NCBI GenBank assembly: GCA_002269645.1
Contig: NIVC01000937.1
Coordinates: forward strand, 1-45,112
Direction: 5' to 3'
Length of the DNA stretch: 45,112 nucleotides
Origin: Macrostomum lignano
Taxonomy: Eukaryota
Shown here: piece by piece, positions 35,379 through 45,112 of the stretch
Layout of the letters: each line of letters starts with the position of its first letter
Numbering within the stretch: the stretch's first letter is position 1
Notes under the pieces: generated by a model
Told to the model about the DNA's origin: nothing
What the model saw: only the letters and a program-made list of their open reading frames with translations
Databases searched by the model: none
Position numbers and translations under genes: made by a program

Positions 35379-38300
35379 ATGGGGGCCGCTCCATCTGCTC
35401 TGACTGACTCGAGCTCCGCTTCGTTAGGACAGTTTGGTTGCCATGGCAACAGCTCAGAAAAGAGCCAGCCGTTGTCGACTGGCTCGGCGAATTCCTTTGC
35501 GCCGTCCGGTCACAGCCGCCAATCGTCGTCTTCCTCGTCGGCGACGGCCCGTCTGCAGCAGACGCTGAAACGGCGAGTCGCCTGGCTTCGGCGACGATCT
35601 TCGCCGGATCCGGCCAAGCAATTTCGCGCCTTCATCGCCGACTGGAGCTCCGCCGATCTGCGCGTCTTGCTGGACGAATTTGAGGCGCTGCACGCGCTTA
35701 AAGATGCTCATCTGGGCGCTGCGGCAGCGAGGCCGCAGTGCAGCAGCCTGTGCCAGGACCTCGGCTGCCTGCTGCGCACCGGGCTCGGCTCCGACGCTCG
35801 CCTGATCCTGGGCGGTGTCGCCTTCCCTGTCCATCGGGCGGTGCTGGCCGCTAGGAGCAACTTCTTTGCTAGGCTGTTTGCCAACGGCGAGGACTATGAC
35901 TCGGCCGCAACTGGGGGCGCTGGTGAGCTTTTTTGTGTTCCGATGATAGGGTGACCTTTATTGACCCCGAATACAGTGACCCTAATTGACCTGATTACAG
36001 GGTGACCCTAATTGACCCCGATTACAGGGTGACCCTAATTGACCCCGATTACAGGGTGACCCTAATTGACCCCGATTACAGGGTGACCCTAATTGACCCC
36101 GATTACAGGGTGACCCTAATTGACCCCGATTACAGTGGCCCTAGGTGACCCGATTATAGGTTGACCTTAATTGACATCTATGACAGTGACTCCGATTACA
36201 GGGTGACCCTAATTGACCCCGATTACAGTGGCCCTAGGTGACCTGATTACAGGGTGACCTTAATTGACCCCGGTTACAGGGTGACCCTAATTGACCCCGC
36301 TTGCAGGATGATCCTAATTGACCCCGATTACAAGGTGACCCTGATTTTAGCTGATAACAAAGTGAATTTGATTGACCCCGCGGGACTCCAGCTGGGTGAC
36401 TTCGAGCTGTAACGAGGATTCAACTTGTACAATCGTCAAAACGCTTGTACAAGAATCTGATATAAAGGACATTAACTGTGCACTCAACGCCACCACCCCA
36501 TTCCATAGATTACCCACTGGACCTGTGCGTCCCTGGCGGCCTCGACCCCGAGCTGCTCCGGGCCCTCCTGGCCTACCTGTACTGCGGCGAGGTCAGCCTG
36601 GCCCGCCTCAGCGCACCGGCCACTGTGGCCGCCCTTTGCCACGAGCTCGGCGCCCCCGGCCGTCTGTCCGACGATTTAGCCCAACTGTTGGACACCGGCC
36701 ACCTGGCCGACTGCGTGCTAATATTTGAGGAGGCCGAACCGCGGGCGAGGCGAATCGAGCTGCCCTGCCACCGGGCCCTGCTGGCCTGTCGATCGCCGTT
36801 CTTTGCCGGCGTTGTCGAGAAACGCCTGGCCGCCGCCAGGAGGCACCGACGCCGGCGCCTTGTCCGCTGCGCGGTTCACGGCGGCGGTGACGGCGTCGGC
36901 GATGCTCAACTGGCGGAGCCGCCTTTGGCGCTGGTGCTCGACGAGGCTGTGCTGCCGCGCCGCCTGGCGCCGGCTATGCTGACCTGCCTGTACACCGACC
37001 GCCTGCCCGACTGCCTGGCACTGCGGGTGAGTCTTTGTTTTTGGCTTTTGAAGTTGTCTTTGTTTTGGCTTTTTGGGTAGTCTTTGTTTTGTCTTTTGAA
37101 GTAGTCTTGGTTTCGGCTTTTGAAGTAGCCTTGGTTTCAGTTTTTGGAGTAGTCTTTGTTTTGTCTTTTAGAGTAGTCTTTGTTTTGACTTGTGAAGTAG
37201 CCTTGGTTTCAGTTTTTGGAGTAGTCTTTGTTTTGTCTGTTGGAGTAGTCTTTGTTTTGCATTCGGGTAGATTGGGTTGCTCGTTCCGCAGTTACTTAGC
37301 CGGTAGTATCAGTGACCCTCTGTCTGCTCATGCCCAGGACCTGATGGATCTGCACGAGATTGGCCGTTTCCTTGAGCTGCCCTGTCTCACCCGGGCTAGT
37401 GAAGACCTACTGGTGGAGTCCCTGTGCCCGGACACCCTGGTGCCTGTCCTGGACTGGTCCGGCGCCGGCACCGGTTCTGCCTGGGTCCACCGACAGGCGC
37501 GCCTGTTCCTGTGCGAGGAATTCGCCGCGCTAGCCGTCCAAGCGCCGCGTGTGCTGACTCAGCTGAGCCGCCGGGAGCTGCTGGCCGCTCTGCGGTCCGA
37601 CTTTCTACAAGCGGCCGAGTCTGACGTGCTGAGCGCCCTCATCGCCTGGGGCGAGGCGCAGGTGGCCGCCAGGGCTGCGGAAATTGTCGCGGGTATGTCT
37701 ACGGGATGGACCCTGGATGCTGTGGTTTGGTGACCCTAAATGACCCTGGGATGATGTGGTTCGGTGACCCTAATTGACCCTGGGATGCTGGGTTCGGTGA
37801 CCCTAACTGACCCTGGATCTGGGGTTCGGTGACCCTAACTGACCCTGGGATGCTGTGGTTCGGTGACCCTAACTGACCCTGGGATGCTGTGGTTCGGTGA
37901 CCCTAACTGACCCTGGGATGCTGGGGTTCGATGACCCTAATTTACCCAGGGATGCTGTGGTTCGGTGACCCTAATTAACTCGAAGATTCTCGGGTTTTGA
38001 AACCCTAATGGACCCTAGGATGTCGGAGTTCGGTGACCCTAACTGACCCTTGAATGCTTAGTTTCGGTGGCTCTAATTGACCCTATGGCTCTGCGAGGTT
38101 TCTGTGACCTTAAATAACCCCAGGATTTTATGGTTCGGTCACCCTAATGACCCGAAGATTCCCGGGTTTGATGACCCTAACAGACCTTAGGATAGAATTT
38201 CAATGGTTTGTATGACCTTAACCATAGGCAGACGGATGGCCGTTTTCGTCCATTCTGTCTACCTCCAAGCTAGACGGCATAAAATCAATCTCTATGGGCC

Positions 38301-41300
38301 AAATTTGTTGGAATTTTTACCACAGCCGTTCCCGACGACTAGAGGCCGAAAACGGCCATATAAATATTATGTATAAGGACTACTGACTGCTATATATAAC
38401 CTCGGCAACACCGGTTTCCGCAACCAGAATATCTAACGCCTTGCGCAAGAAGTGGAGGAAGGACATGCTGCCGCCGTGGTAATTGTACAAGATCCAGGCG
38501 TTGCGGACAAGCAGCACAATCAGATGGAAAGCCAGCTTGTTGAACCAGCGCAGCGACTTGCGGTTTGCTATGTAGGGACTCGTGTTAGAGTCCATGCGGT
38601 CCACTCCACCCATACAACGACTGTACGTGGTGATGCTGACCGGCTTCGCCACCACTTGCTGCTGACCACCAGGGCGAACGCGGGCTACATCGTGGCACTG
38701 CGCGTTACCTGCCGTGTCCAGCAAGTACACAGTCTTCTTGCCACTGTTCTTGGAGTCTACAAACTTGCACGCCAGCACGTTGCCACACCTTGCGAATGCT
38801 GATGATGTGGGGTGCAGGTTAGTGTCTCGCAGCAGTGGCGGCGGTCCACGATCTTTGCGCACGGTGCCAGTCAGCATGGTGTCGCGGGCCAGTAGCCACG
38901 AAGCCAGTCGGTACGATGTAAACCAGCTGTCGGTGAAGATGCGATGGCCAAGATGTAGAATGTCGCGGCATAGCTCGGCTACGACTCGCTCACTAAAGGA
39001 CAGGGCCTCACAGTCCAGTCCGGCACCAAACCTGGCATTCTCCTGCTGCGTTGTGTGAACGGCAAAGTTCCACAGGTATCCGGACTTGGCCTCACACAGG
39101 CAGTATAACTTGATACCATACTTGCTCTTCTTAGAAGGAATGTACTGCCTAAACTGTACCCGTCCTTTGTACATGACCAGAGTCTCGTCAATTGATAGAT
39201 TCTGATCGGGCATGTAGTTGTTCCGACAGGCGTGCTGCACAAGAGCAAGGAATGGAGAGATTTTGTCCACAGGGCTTTGAGGAGCGGGACCAGCGCTACT
39301 GTAAAAGCGAAGGCAGGAGAGAATCTGCTTGAAACGATCGCGCGAAAGTGAATGTGGCTGAGCCAGAAACGTGCAGTGGTACACAGGATCCTTTGCCCAG
39401 TATGAGCTGATCTCCGGCTTGTCATCAATGCCCATAAGCAACACGATGCCGATCAGCTTCTTCACCTCGTCAACACTGCAATCCTTCCATGTAGACACAA
39501 CCTTTGGTAACTCATCAGCTGACCTTTCCTGAGCGAAACTCCGGGCCCGTTCGTTCGTCCACCTTGCAATGTTCTCGAACAGCTCGTCGGTTAGGTATTG
39601 ATGCAAAAACTCTGACTCACTGCCATTCGCTGATTGTGGTGGTACCCAGTCCGGCCGAAAACCTGGGGTGCCAATGAACTCTGGGACAGCCGTGGGCCTG
39701 TCGTCCGTCCCTTCGATAGCTTGGTGCCACTCGTGTTCTTCCTCCATTTCGACGTCCTCATCTGAGCTGCTGGCGCTTTCAACGTTGTCACCATCCTCAC
39801 CTGGCTCTTCATCAAAATAAAACGATCCGTCCTCGTCGTCAGTGAGAAAATTGTCCGAGTCCGACGTGTAAATGAGATCCATAACTAGTCAAAACTAAAC
39901 TAAAAGTAAAATGCTCATATAAAGCAGTCCGTATAAATGAATTAAATAAGCGAACAGACACTAAATTTAAGCGAGACTATAGGCGGGAACGGTGGTAGCA
40001 GCAACATTTATGATCGTAAATTTGAAAACTGTCTATGGCTGTTTTCGGCCTATCCGTCGGGAACGGTTATAAGCGCCTAAAACTGCAGTCAAATAGAGGT
40101 TAAATGTCCTAGGCTTCTTTGCTTTCGTGACCCTAATTGACCCTAAAATTATTTTACTTCGATGGACACGACTGACTTGATATTTTTGCGGATTCGGTGA
40201 CCTTAGCTAACTTATTTGGTAAGGCTGGAGCATCATGAGTTGACTTTAGATAAGAAGGTTTTCCAGTACGAGTTGTTTTTACTATACTCGCCCTAATAAC
40301 CGACAGCTCAGCCGCAGCTATTGCGTGGCGCATCTGAAGGCTGCGTACGGCTGTTCAGTCCAAGGACTGGGGGGTCGCCACACATCCCAGCTAATGTTGG
40401 CACCCATTTTACAGTTGGGTGAATTGACTCAATGCAGAGTTAGGTGTCTTGCTCAAGGACACAAATTGTTCCGAGTGGGCCGAGAATCGAACCCCAGACC
40501 TTCCAGTCGCGAGTCCGACGCTCTGACCACTAGGCTTAACATCTTGCCAGTTAATGATCTTCTCTTCGGCAACTGGCCGCACTTTTATACCCCAGTTTGT
40601 TTCTCTTGTACTTGGCAAAGAAGGCACTTGATGAGGTGTTCCGGGATGCTGGACTGGCCCTAACCACCTCCCTCATCAATCATGGCGTCTGCGCGTGTTA
40701 TGGAGGGGAGCCAGAGTGAGGCGAGATGTATAAAGTAAACAAGGCGATGTCAAGATTGACTACTGTTCTGGAAAATTTTCTGCTCCTACCTGCTGCTGCC
40801 TTGCTTGCCAATCGCGTCTGTAGTCTGCGGATTTTATTGCTTCAACAGAAATAGCGAATCAAATGCCGAACTGCTGCTTTCGGCCATAATTTATGGCGGG
40901 ACTGCCAATGGATTTGGGAGATTCACGTCCTACTAACGAGTTTTGCTATCTGCTACGCGCAGTTTAAGGTCACGTGGTCTGTTAGTAAAGCAATAAGCTT
41001 TGCTTTCTTTCTGTCGAATGTCTGGTAAAAGTTGCGCCAGTCGCAGTCCTAAGTCTCGTTAATTAACCACTTAGTTTTTAGTTTTCTAACCGTCGACTAG
41101 ATTTTAGCTCCACAGACTAGATTTTAGCGCCATCGACTAGATTTTAGCACTACAGATTAGATTTTAGCGCCACAGACTAGCTTTTGGTGCCACAGACTAG
41201 ATTTTAGCGCCACAGACTAGATTTTAGCGCCATCGGCTAGATTTTAGCGCCACAGACTAGATTTTTGTTCCTAAACTAGATTTTAGCGCAATCGACTAGA

Positions 41301-43541
41301 TTTTAGCGCTACAGGCTAGATTATAGCGCCATTTTAGCGCCATAGACTAGATTTTAGCACTACAGATTAGATTTTAGCGCCACAGACTAGCTTTTGGTGC
41401 CACAGACTAGATTTTAGCGCCACAGACTAGATTTTAGCGCCATCGGCTAGATTTTAGCGCCACAGACTAGATTTTGGTGCCACAGACTAGATTTTAGCGC
41501 CACAGACTAGATTTTTGTTCCTAAACTAGATTTTAGCGCAATCGACTAGATTTTAGCGCTACAGGCTAGATTATAGCGCCATTTTAGCGCCATATACTAG
41601 ATTTTAGCGCCATCGGCTAGATTTTAGCGCCACAGACACTAGATTTTAGCGCCACAGACTAGATTTTAGCGCCATAGACTAGATTTTAGCGCCACAGACT
41701 AGATTTTAGCGCCATCGACTAGATTTTTCCCCAAGAAACATGACCAAGATGATAAGCGGACAGCTGACCCCTTGAAATCCCCATGGATACCTAGAAGCAA
41801 CTCAATTTTAGTGTACGTGGATAGATGGAATTCAAATTAAAGTAAAATTTTCGCCGTGGCAAAAAACACTACCCTAATTATGCAAGGAACAGAACAGCTA
41901 GAAGCGCTAAACTACCGCTTGCACTTTCGCTAACGGAACAGTTGATGTTTAAAAGTCGTTTTTTTCTTCAAAAACAGCCAAGCCTAGAAAGGGGATCCCT
42001 CTCCTGTTATTCCTTTTGAACGGCTTCTAAGCAGCTATTGAGCTGCACTAATGCTACGCCTACCTGCACCTGGCTTAGGGTTGAAGCCTGGCGCTCTTTT
42101 AATTGCTTGAGAAGCCGGCGCGGTTTTGACACAGAGGCGCACCGCCGCTTGTTGGCGCTGCAAAATTTATAATGAATGAGATGGAGAAGCGGAATTGAGG
42201 GAGGAAGGATGGAGAGAGGGGGGGACGCTGGGGTAAGTTAGTTAACTGCCCCGCTGTGTTTACAAGTACCTGCTTGGCCGGTTAAACTGTGGGGGCGTAG
42301 ACTGCCCCCCTCCCTGCAGCCCTGAGGAGACAAGAGATGAATGGCTAAGCTTGGGGCTAATTAGCGATAGAACTGGTATCTGATTTTTTGTTGAGATAAC
42401 AAGCTAAGCTGAGGCACTTTGATTGAGAAAATCACTTCTGGGGAAGTTCGATTTAGAGCCATCAATTTCCACTAAAATTTTCCTTCATTCCAAGCAAAAA
42501 TCGCCCCAACCCCCTACCTCCTGCTTCCTGGAGGATTGCTCTACATCTCCAGCTCCATCAAGAATCGCCCTTTCAGCCTCCAGCTCCATCAAGAATCGCC
42601 CTTCAGCCTCCAGTTATATTAGGAATCGCCCTTCAGCCTCCAGCTCCATCAAGAACCCCCCTTAGCCTTCAGCTCCATTAAGAATCGACCCTCAGCCTCC
42701 AGCTTAATCTTTAATCGCCCCTCAGCCTCCAGCTTCATCAAGGATCGCTTCTCTTTCCTAGCAACCCCCATCCCCATCTCCATATCCAGAGTCGCAACAG
42801 ACGGGCGCACCTGCAGGCTTCTCGCGCAAAACTGGCGGTGGGGGCGGTTTGTCCAGCGGCAGGCAGAAGCGAGCCGCCGGTTCAGCAGCGGCAGCGGCGG
42901 CCTCAGAGGAGCTGTCCTCTGTGCTGGGCGACCTGGTGTCACAGGGACTCCGATTGGAGCACTTGCTGTGCCCTGACAGCCTGCAGGAGGCCGTCAGGCG
43001 GAAGCTGCTGCCGAAGGACGCCGGGCTGTCCCGGCCGGCCGCCTGGCTGCACGCCGGCGGCGGCGGCGGATCCGACGGTGGCTATCGGCATCCCAGGCTG
43101 TTCGCACCGCATCTTGAGGAGATTCGCTCCGTGCTCAGCGATCGAACCCGCGACCTCACTTTGGCTCAGTGCCCGCCGGAGCCGCCGCGCCGTCTACCGG
43201 CCAGTCCGCAGCCGGCCGCCGTTGCACCGCCGGACGCGGCTTCCGCCGCCGCCGCGGCTGCGGGTCTGTGGGGCGGCCACGGCGGCGGCGGCCCGGACCT
43301 CGTGGCCACCCTGCCGCCCGGCTGTTCGCCAATCGACCCGGCCACTGCGGCCAGCCTGCTCCGCCGTGTCCAGGAGCTGCTCTCCGGCAGCCTGTTCGTC
43401 CGGGCTGGCCTCCTGCCGGCCGCCGACCGGGCCGCCCTGCACAGGCAGGCGCAGCTGTGGGCCGTGCGCGAGTTCGGCCTGCCGGATTCCGCCGCCGCCC
43501 TCCTGCCGGGCCGCCTGCCCGACGTTGCCTTCCACGCTTGA
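35379..43541 (+). CDS. BTBD7: BTB/POZ domain-containing protein 7 orthologue (two BTB domains + BACK), about 722 aa, 4 exons
   Basis: Exons 35379-35922, 36509-37026, 37338-37692, 42790-43541 (2169 nt, phases 1/0/1). BTBD7-like segments: MGAAPS, TLKRR..DPAKQFRAFIADW, FPVHRAVLAARS, LDEAVLPRR, GSAWVHRQA..FLCEEF, SDFLQAAESDVL..WGE, PRLFAPHLEE, REFGLP. Confidence 0.9.
35950..36345. repeat. 27-bp minisatellite in BTBD7 intron 1
   Basis: Unit ACAGGGTGACCCTAATTGACCCCGATT. Confidence 0.95.
37030..37260. repeat. Degenerate 24-bp tandem repeat in BTBD7 intron 2
   Basis: Unit GTAGTCTTTGTTTTGTCTTTTGAA and variants. Confidence 0.9.
37728..38217. repeat. 34-bp minisatellite in BTBD7 intron 3, interrupted by the piggyBac element (remnants resume at 40104-40205)
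   Basis: Unit GGTGACCCTAACTGACCCTGGGATGCTGTGGTTC. Shares its core with the 27-bp array. Confidence 0.93.
38222..40099 (-). mobile_element. piggyBac-like DNA transposon inserted at TTAA in BTBD7 intron 3
   Basis: TTAA at 38218-38221 and 40100-40103, with the host minisatellite continuing across the joined site. Internal inverted repeat of about 35 bp, CCGTTCCCGACG..AGGCCGAAAAC(A/G)GCCATA, at about 38326-38360 and 40035-40068. Encodes a transposase. Confidence 0.85.
38380..39882 (-). CDS. piggyBac-family (PGBD4-like) DDD transposase, 500 aa, lacking the C-terminal cysteine-rich domain
   Basis: Acidic N-terminus; LSRDRFKQIL; LSIDETLV (D1); QYIPSKKSKYGIK; FTDSWFTS (D2); GTVRKDR; YSRCMGGVDRMD (D3); RWFNKLAFH. 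Confidence 0.93.
   Translation of the reverse strand: MDLIYTSDSDNFLTDDEDGSFYFDEEPGEDGDNVESASSSDEDVEMEEEHEWHQAIEGTDDRPTAVPEFIGTPGFRPDWVPPQSANGSESEFLHQYLTDELFENIARWTNERARSFAQERSADELPKVVSTWKDCSVDEVKKLIGIVLLMGIDDKPEISSYWAKDPVYHCTFLAQPHSLSRDRFKQILSCLRFYSSAGPAPQSPVDKISPFLALVQHACRNNYMPDQNLSIDETLVMYKGRVQFRQYIPSKKSKYGIKLYCLCEAKSGYLWNFAVHTTQQENARFGAGLDCEALSFSERVVAELCRDILHLGHRIFTDSWFTSYRLASWLLARDTMLTGTVRKDRGPPPLLRDTNLHPTSSAFARCGNVLACKFVDSKNSGKKTVYLLDTAGNAQCHDVARVRPGGQQQVVAKPVSITTYSRCMGGVDRMDSNTSPYIANRKSLRWFNKLAFHLIVLLVRNAWILYNYHGGSMSFLHFLRKALDILVAETGVAEVIYSSQ
40290..40536 (-). mobile_element. tRNA-headed SINE with a CORE-like central domain
   Basis: Minus strand: AGCCTAGTGG (A box), GGTTCGATTCT (B box), then TGTGTCCTTGAGCAAGACACCTAAC..CTGTAAAATGGG, resembling the CORE/MIR domain. 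Confidence 0.75.
41092..41727. repeat. 20-bp minisatellite with higher-order duplication
   Basis: Unit GACTAGATTTTAGCGCCACA. The same sequence of variant units recurs about 210-250 bp apart. Confidence 0.96.
42545..42745. repeat. 30-bp tandem repeat near the BTBD7 intron 3 acceptor
   Basis: Unit CTTCAGCCTCCAGCTCCATCAAGAATCGCC, about 6 copies. Confidence 0.9.
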
Positions 43542-43689
43542 CTGGCTGGCTGGCTGGCTGGGTGGGCGGAGCCTTGGCTTTGCTGCGCCCGAATAGTTGC
43601 GCAATTTTCAAACTGTAACATTTCACTAGCACTGCAGAGATGCTCTCAGCGGAGGACAACACGTTGCTTCCTGTCATCGATTCATCTGT

Positions 43690-44455
43690 GTTCCTCTCTC
43701 CTTTCCCTCTCCCTCCTCTCTCCTCCTTTCCCTCTCCCTCCCTCTCTCCTCCTTTCCCTCTCCCTCCCTCTCTCCTTTCCCTCTCCCTCCCTCTGTCATT
43801 TCCCTCTCCCTCCCTCTCTCCTCCTTTCCCTCTCCCTCCCTCTCTCCTCCTTTCCCTCTCCCTCCCTCTCTCCTCCTTTCCCTCTCCCTCCCTCTCTCCT
43901 CCTTTCCCTCTCCCTCCCTCTCTCCTCCTTTCCCTCTCCCTCCCTCTCTCCTCCTTTCCCTCTCCCTCCCTCTCTCCTCCTTTCCCTCCCCCTCCCTCTC
44001 TCCTCCTTTCCCTCTCCCTCCCTCTCTCCTCCTTTCCCTCCCCTCCCTCTCTCCTCCTTTCCTCTCCCTCCCTCTCCCTCCTTTCCCTCTCCCTCCCTCT
44101 CTCCTCCTTTCCCTCTCCCTCCCTCTCTCCTCCTTTCCCTCTCCCTCCCTCTCTCCTCCTTTCCCTCCCCCTCCCTCTTCCTCTCCATCTCCACCCTCTC
44201 TCCCCCTCTCACTCCCCCTCCCTCTCTCCTCTCCCTCTCTCCTTTACCCTCTCCCTTCCCCTCTCTCCCCTCTCTCCCCCTTTCTTCCTCTCCCTGTCCC
44301 CCGTCGCCCTCCCTTTCCCTGTCTCTCCTCTGCCACTCTCCCTTCCCCTCTGCCTCTCCCCTTCCCCTCTGCTCTCCCCTTCCCCTCTGCCTCTCTCCCT
44401 TCCCTCTGCCTCTCCCCTTCCCTCTGCCTCTCTCCCTTCCCCGCCTCTCTTTCCT
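43690..44455. repeat. Polypyrimidine (CT-rich) low-complexity tract
   Basis: Nearly pure C/T with an internal CCTTTCCCTCTCCCTCCCTCTCTCCT periodicity. The ORFs over it are artefacts. Confidence 0.96.
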
Positions 44456-45112
44456 GAACTTTGTGTACTTGCGAATTCTCTTTCAGACGCAGCAAAGCAG
44501 TTTTATGACTAAATGAGGAGGTGTGCCAGAAGCGCTTAAAGTAATCTGAATCTCCAGTCTTCACGGTTCACCTGTAATTTTAACACAATCCGAGACAGAG
44601 GTTGTAGCGCAAAATTACAGATCCATAAAGCGCTGACAGATATTGCCGCCTGCTCAGGCCCATACAGATTTCATTCTCGTTACCTTTGACAACTGGCTAT
44701 GGGTTTTCCTTATCTAAAGCACTTGTGTCTGCATGTAAATTGTTCTATTTAACAAACGCCTTTTTGTTGCCTTGCTATTATATTTGTCGCTGCCGCAACT
44801 ATTGAAAATTTCGGCACTAGCTGCAAATTGCTCATTCTCCTATATTACAGTCTCTGTGTAAGAAAAAGTTGCTTGGACAAGAAATGCTATTTATTTGTCG
44901 GCTGAAATATTTTTTTTCATTTGCATCAGACTGCGCTAATCCAGTGCATATGTGTGTGTTTTTTTAAATAGTTTGTTCTCCCAGTTCTTTTTTTACTTTT
45001 CCATGCTTTCCTATTCGTTGTGTCCGGACACTGATTCGTGTTTTTATTGGTTATTATAGGCATGGGAGTTTGGCATTGTGCTAAAATTGCCTTTGGAACA
45101 GCCCAACATCAA

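Noticed and set aside
37035-37337. Hydrophobic VVFVLSF repeats as transmembrane segments of BTBD7
   Set aside because: Intronic 24-bp repeat between a donor at 37027 and a phase-matched acceptor at 37337.
43640-44564. Pro/Ser/Leu-rich and Arg/Glu/Gly-rich ORFs (also at 7676-8383)
   Set aside because: Translations of polypyrimidine or polypurine tracts.

Overview
Eukaryotic (animal) genomic DNA, very likely a flatworm. This is inferred from a TAL-family gene; the GC-rich exons, minisatellite-filled introns and GATA/GACA microsatellites are compatible with a Macrostomum-like free-living species, but the species is not proven. Gene models were spliced by hand using GT-AG sites and frame continuity. 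In order, the window holds: a 3-exon EF-hand/dynein-light-chain (TAL) gene; an intronless PLP class I/II aminotransferase; a 15-exon thioester protein (TEP/CD109/alpha2M family, GCGEQ intact); four copies of a PAN/apple + C-type-lectin cassette (two intact, two broken); a PAN + fibrinogen-domain gene; a divergent alpha-tubulin; a ZIP metal transporter convergent with a ferritin; and a BTBD7 orthologue whose third intron contains a piggyBac-like element, a CORE-type SINE and minisatellites. The two most unusual signals are (i) a near-identical PAN-coding tract shared by lectin genes whose carbohydrate-recognition domains are strongly diverged, and (ii) an unidentified codon-conserved module (IRxESYCPQPVQxVLLLT) in four dispersed copies, two of them a head-to-head inverted pair. 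No rRNA, bona fide tRNA or CRISPR array was seen. All identities come from recognised motifs, not database searches.
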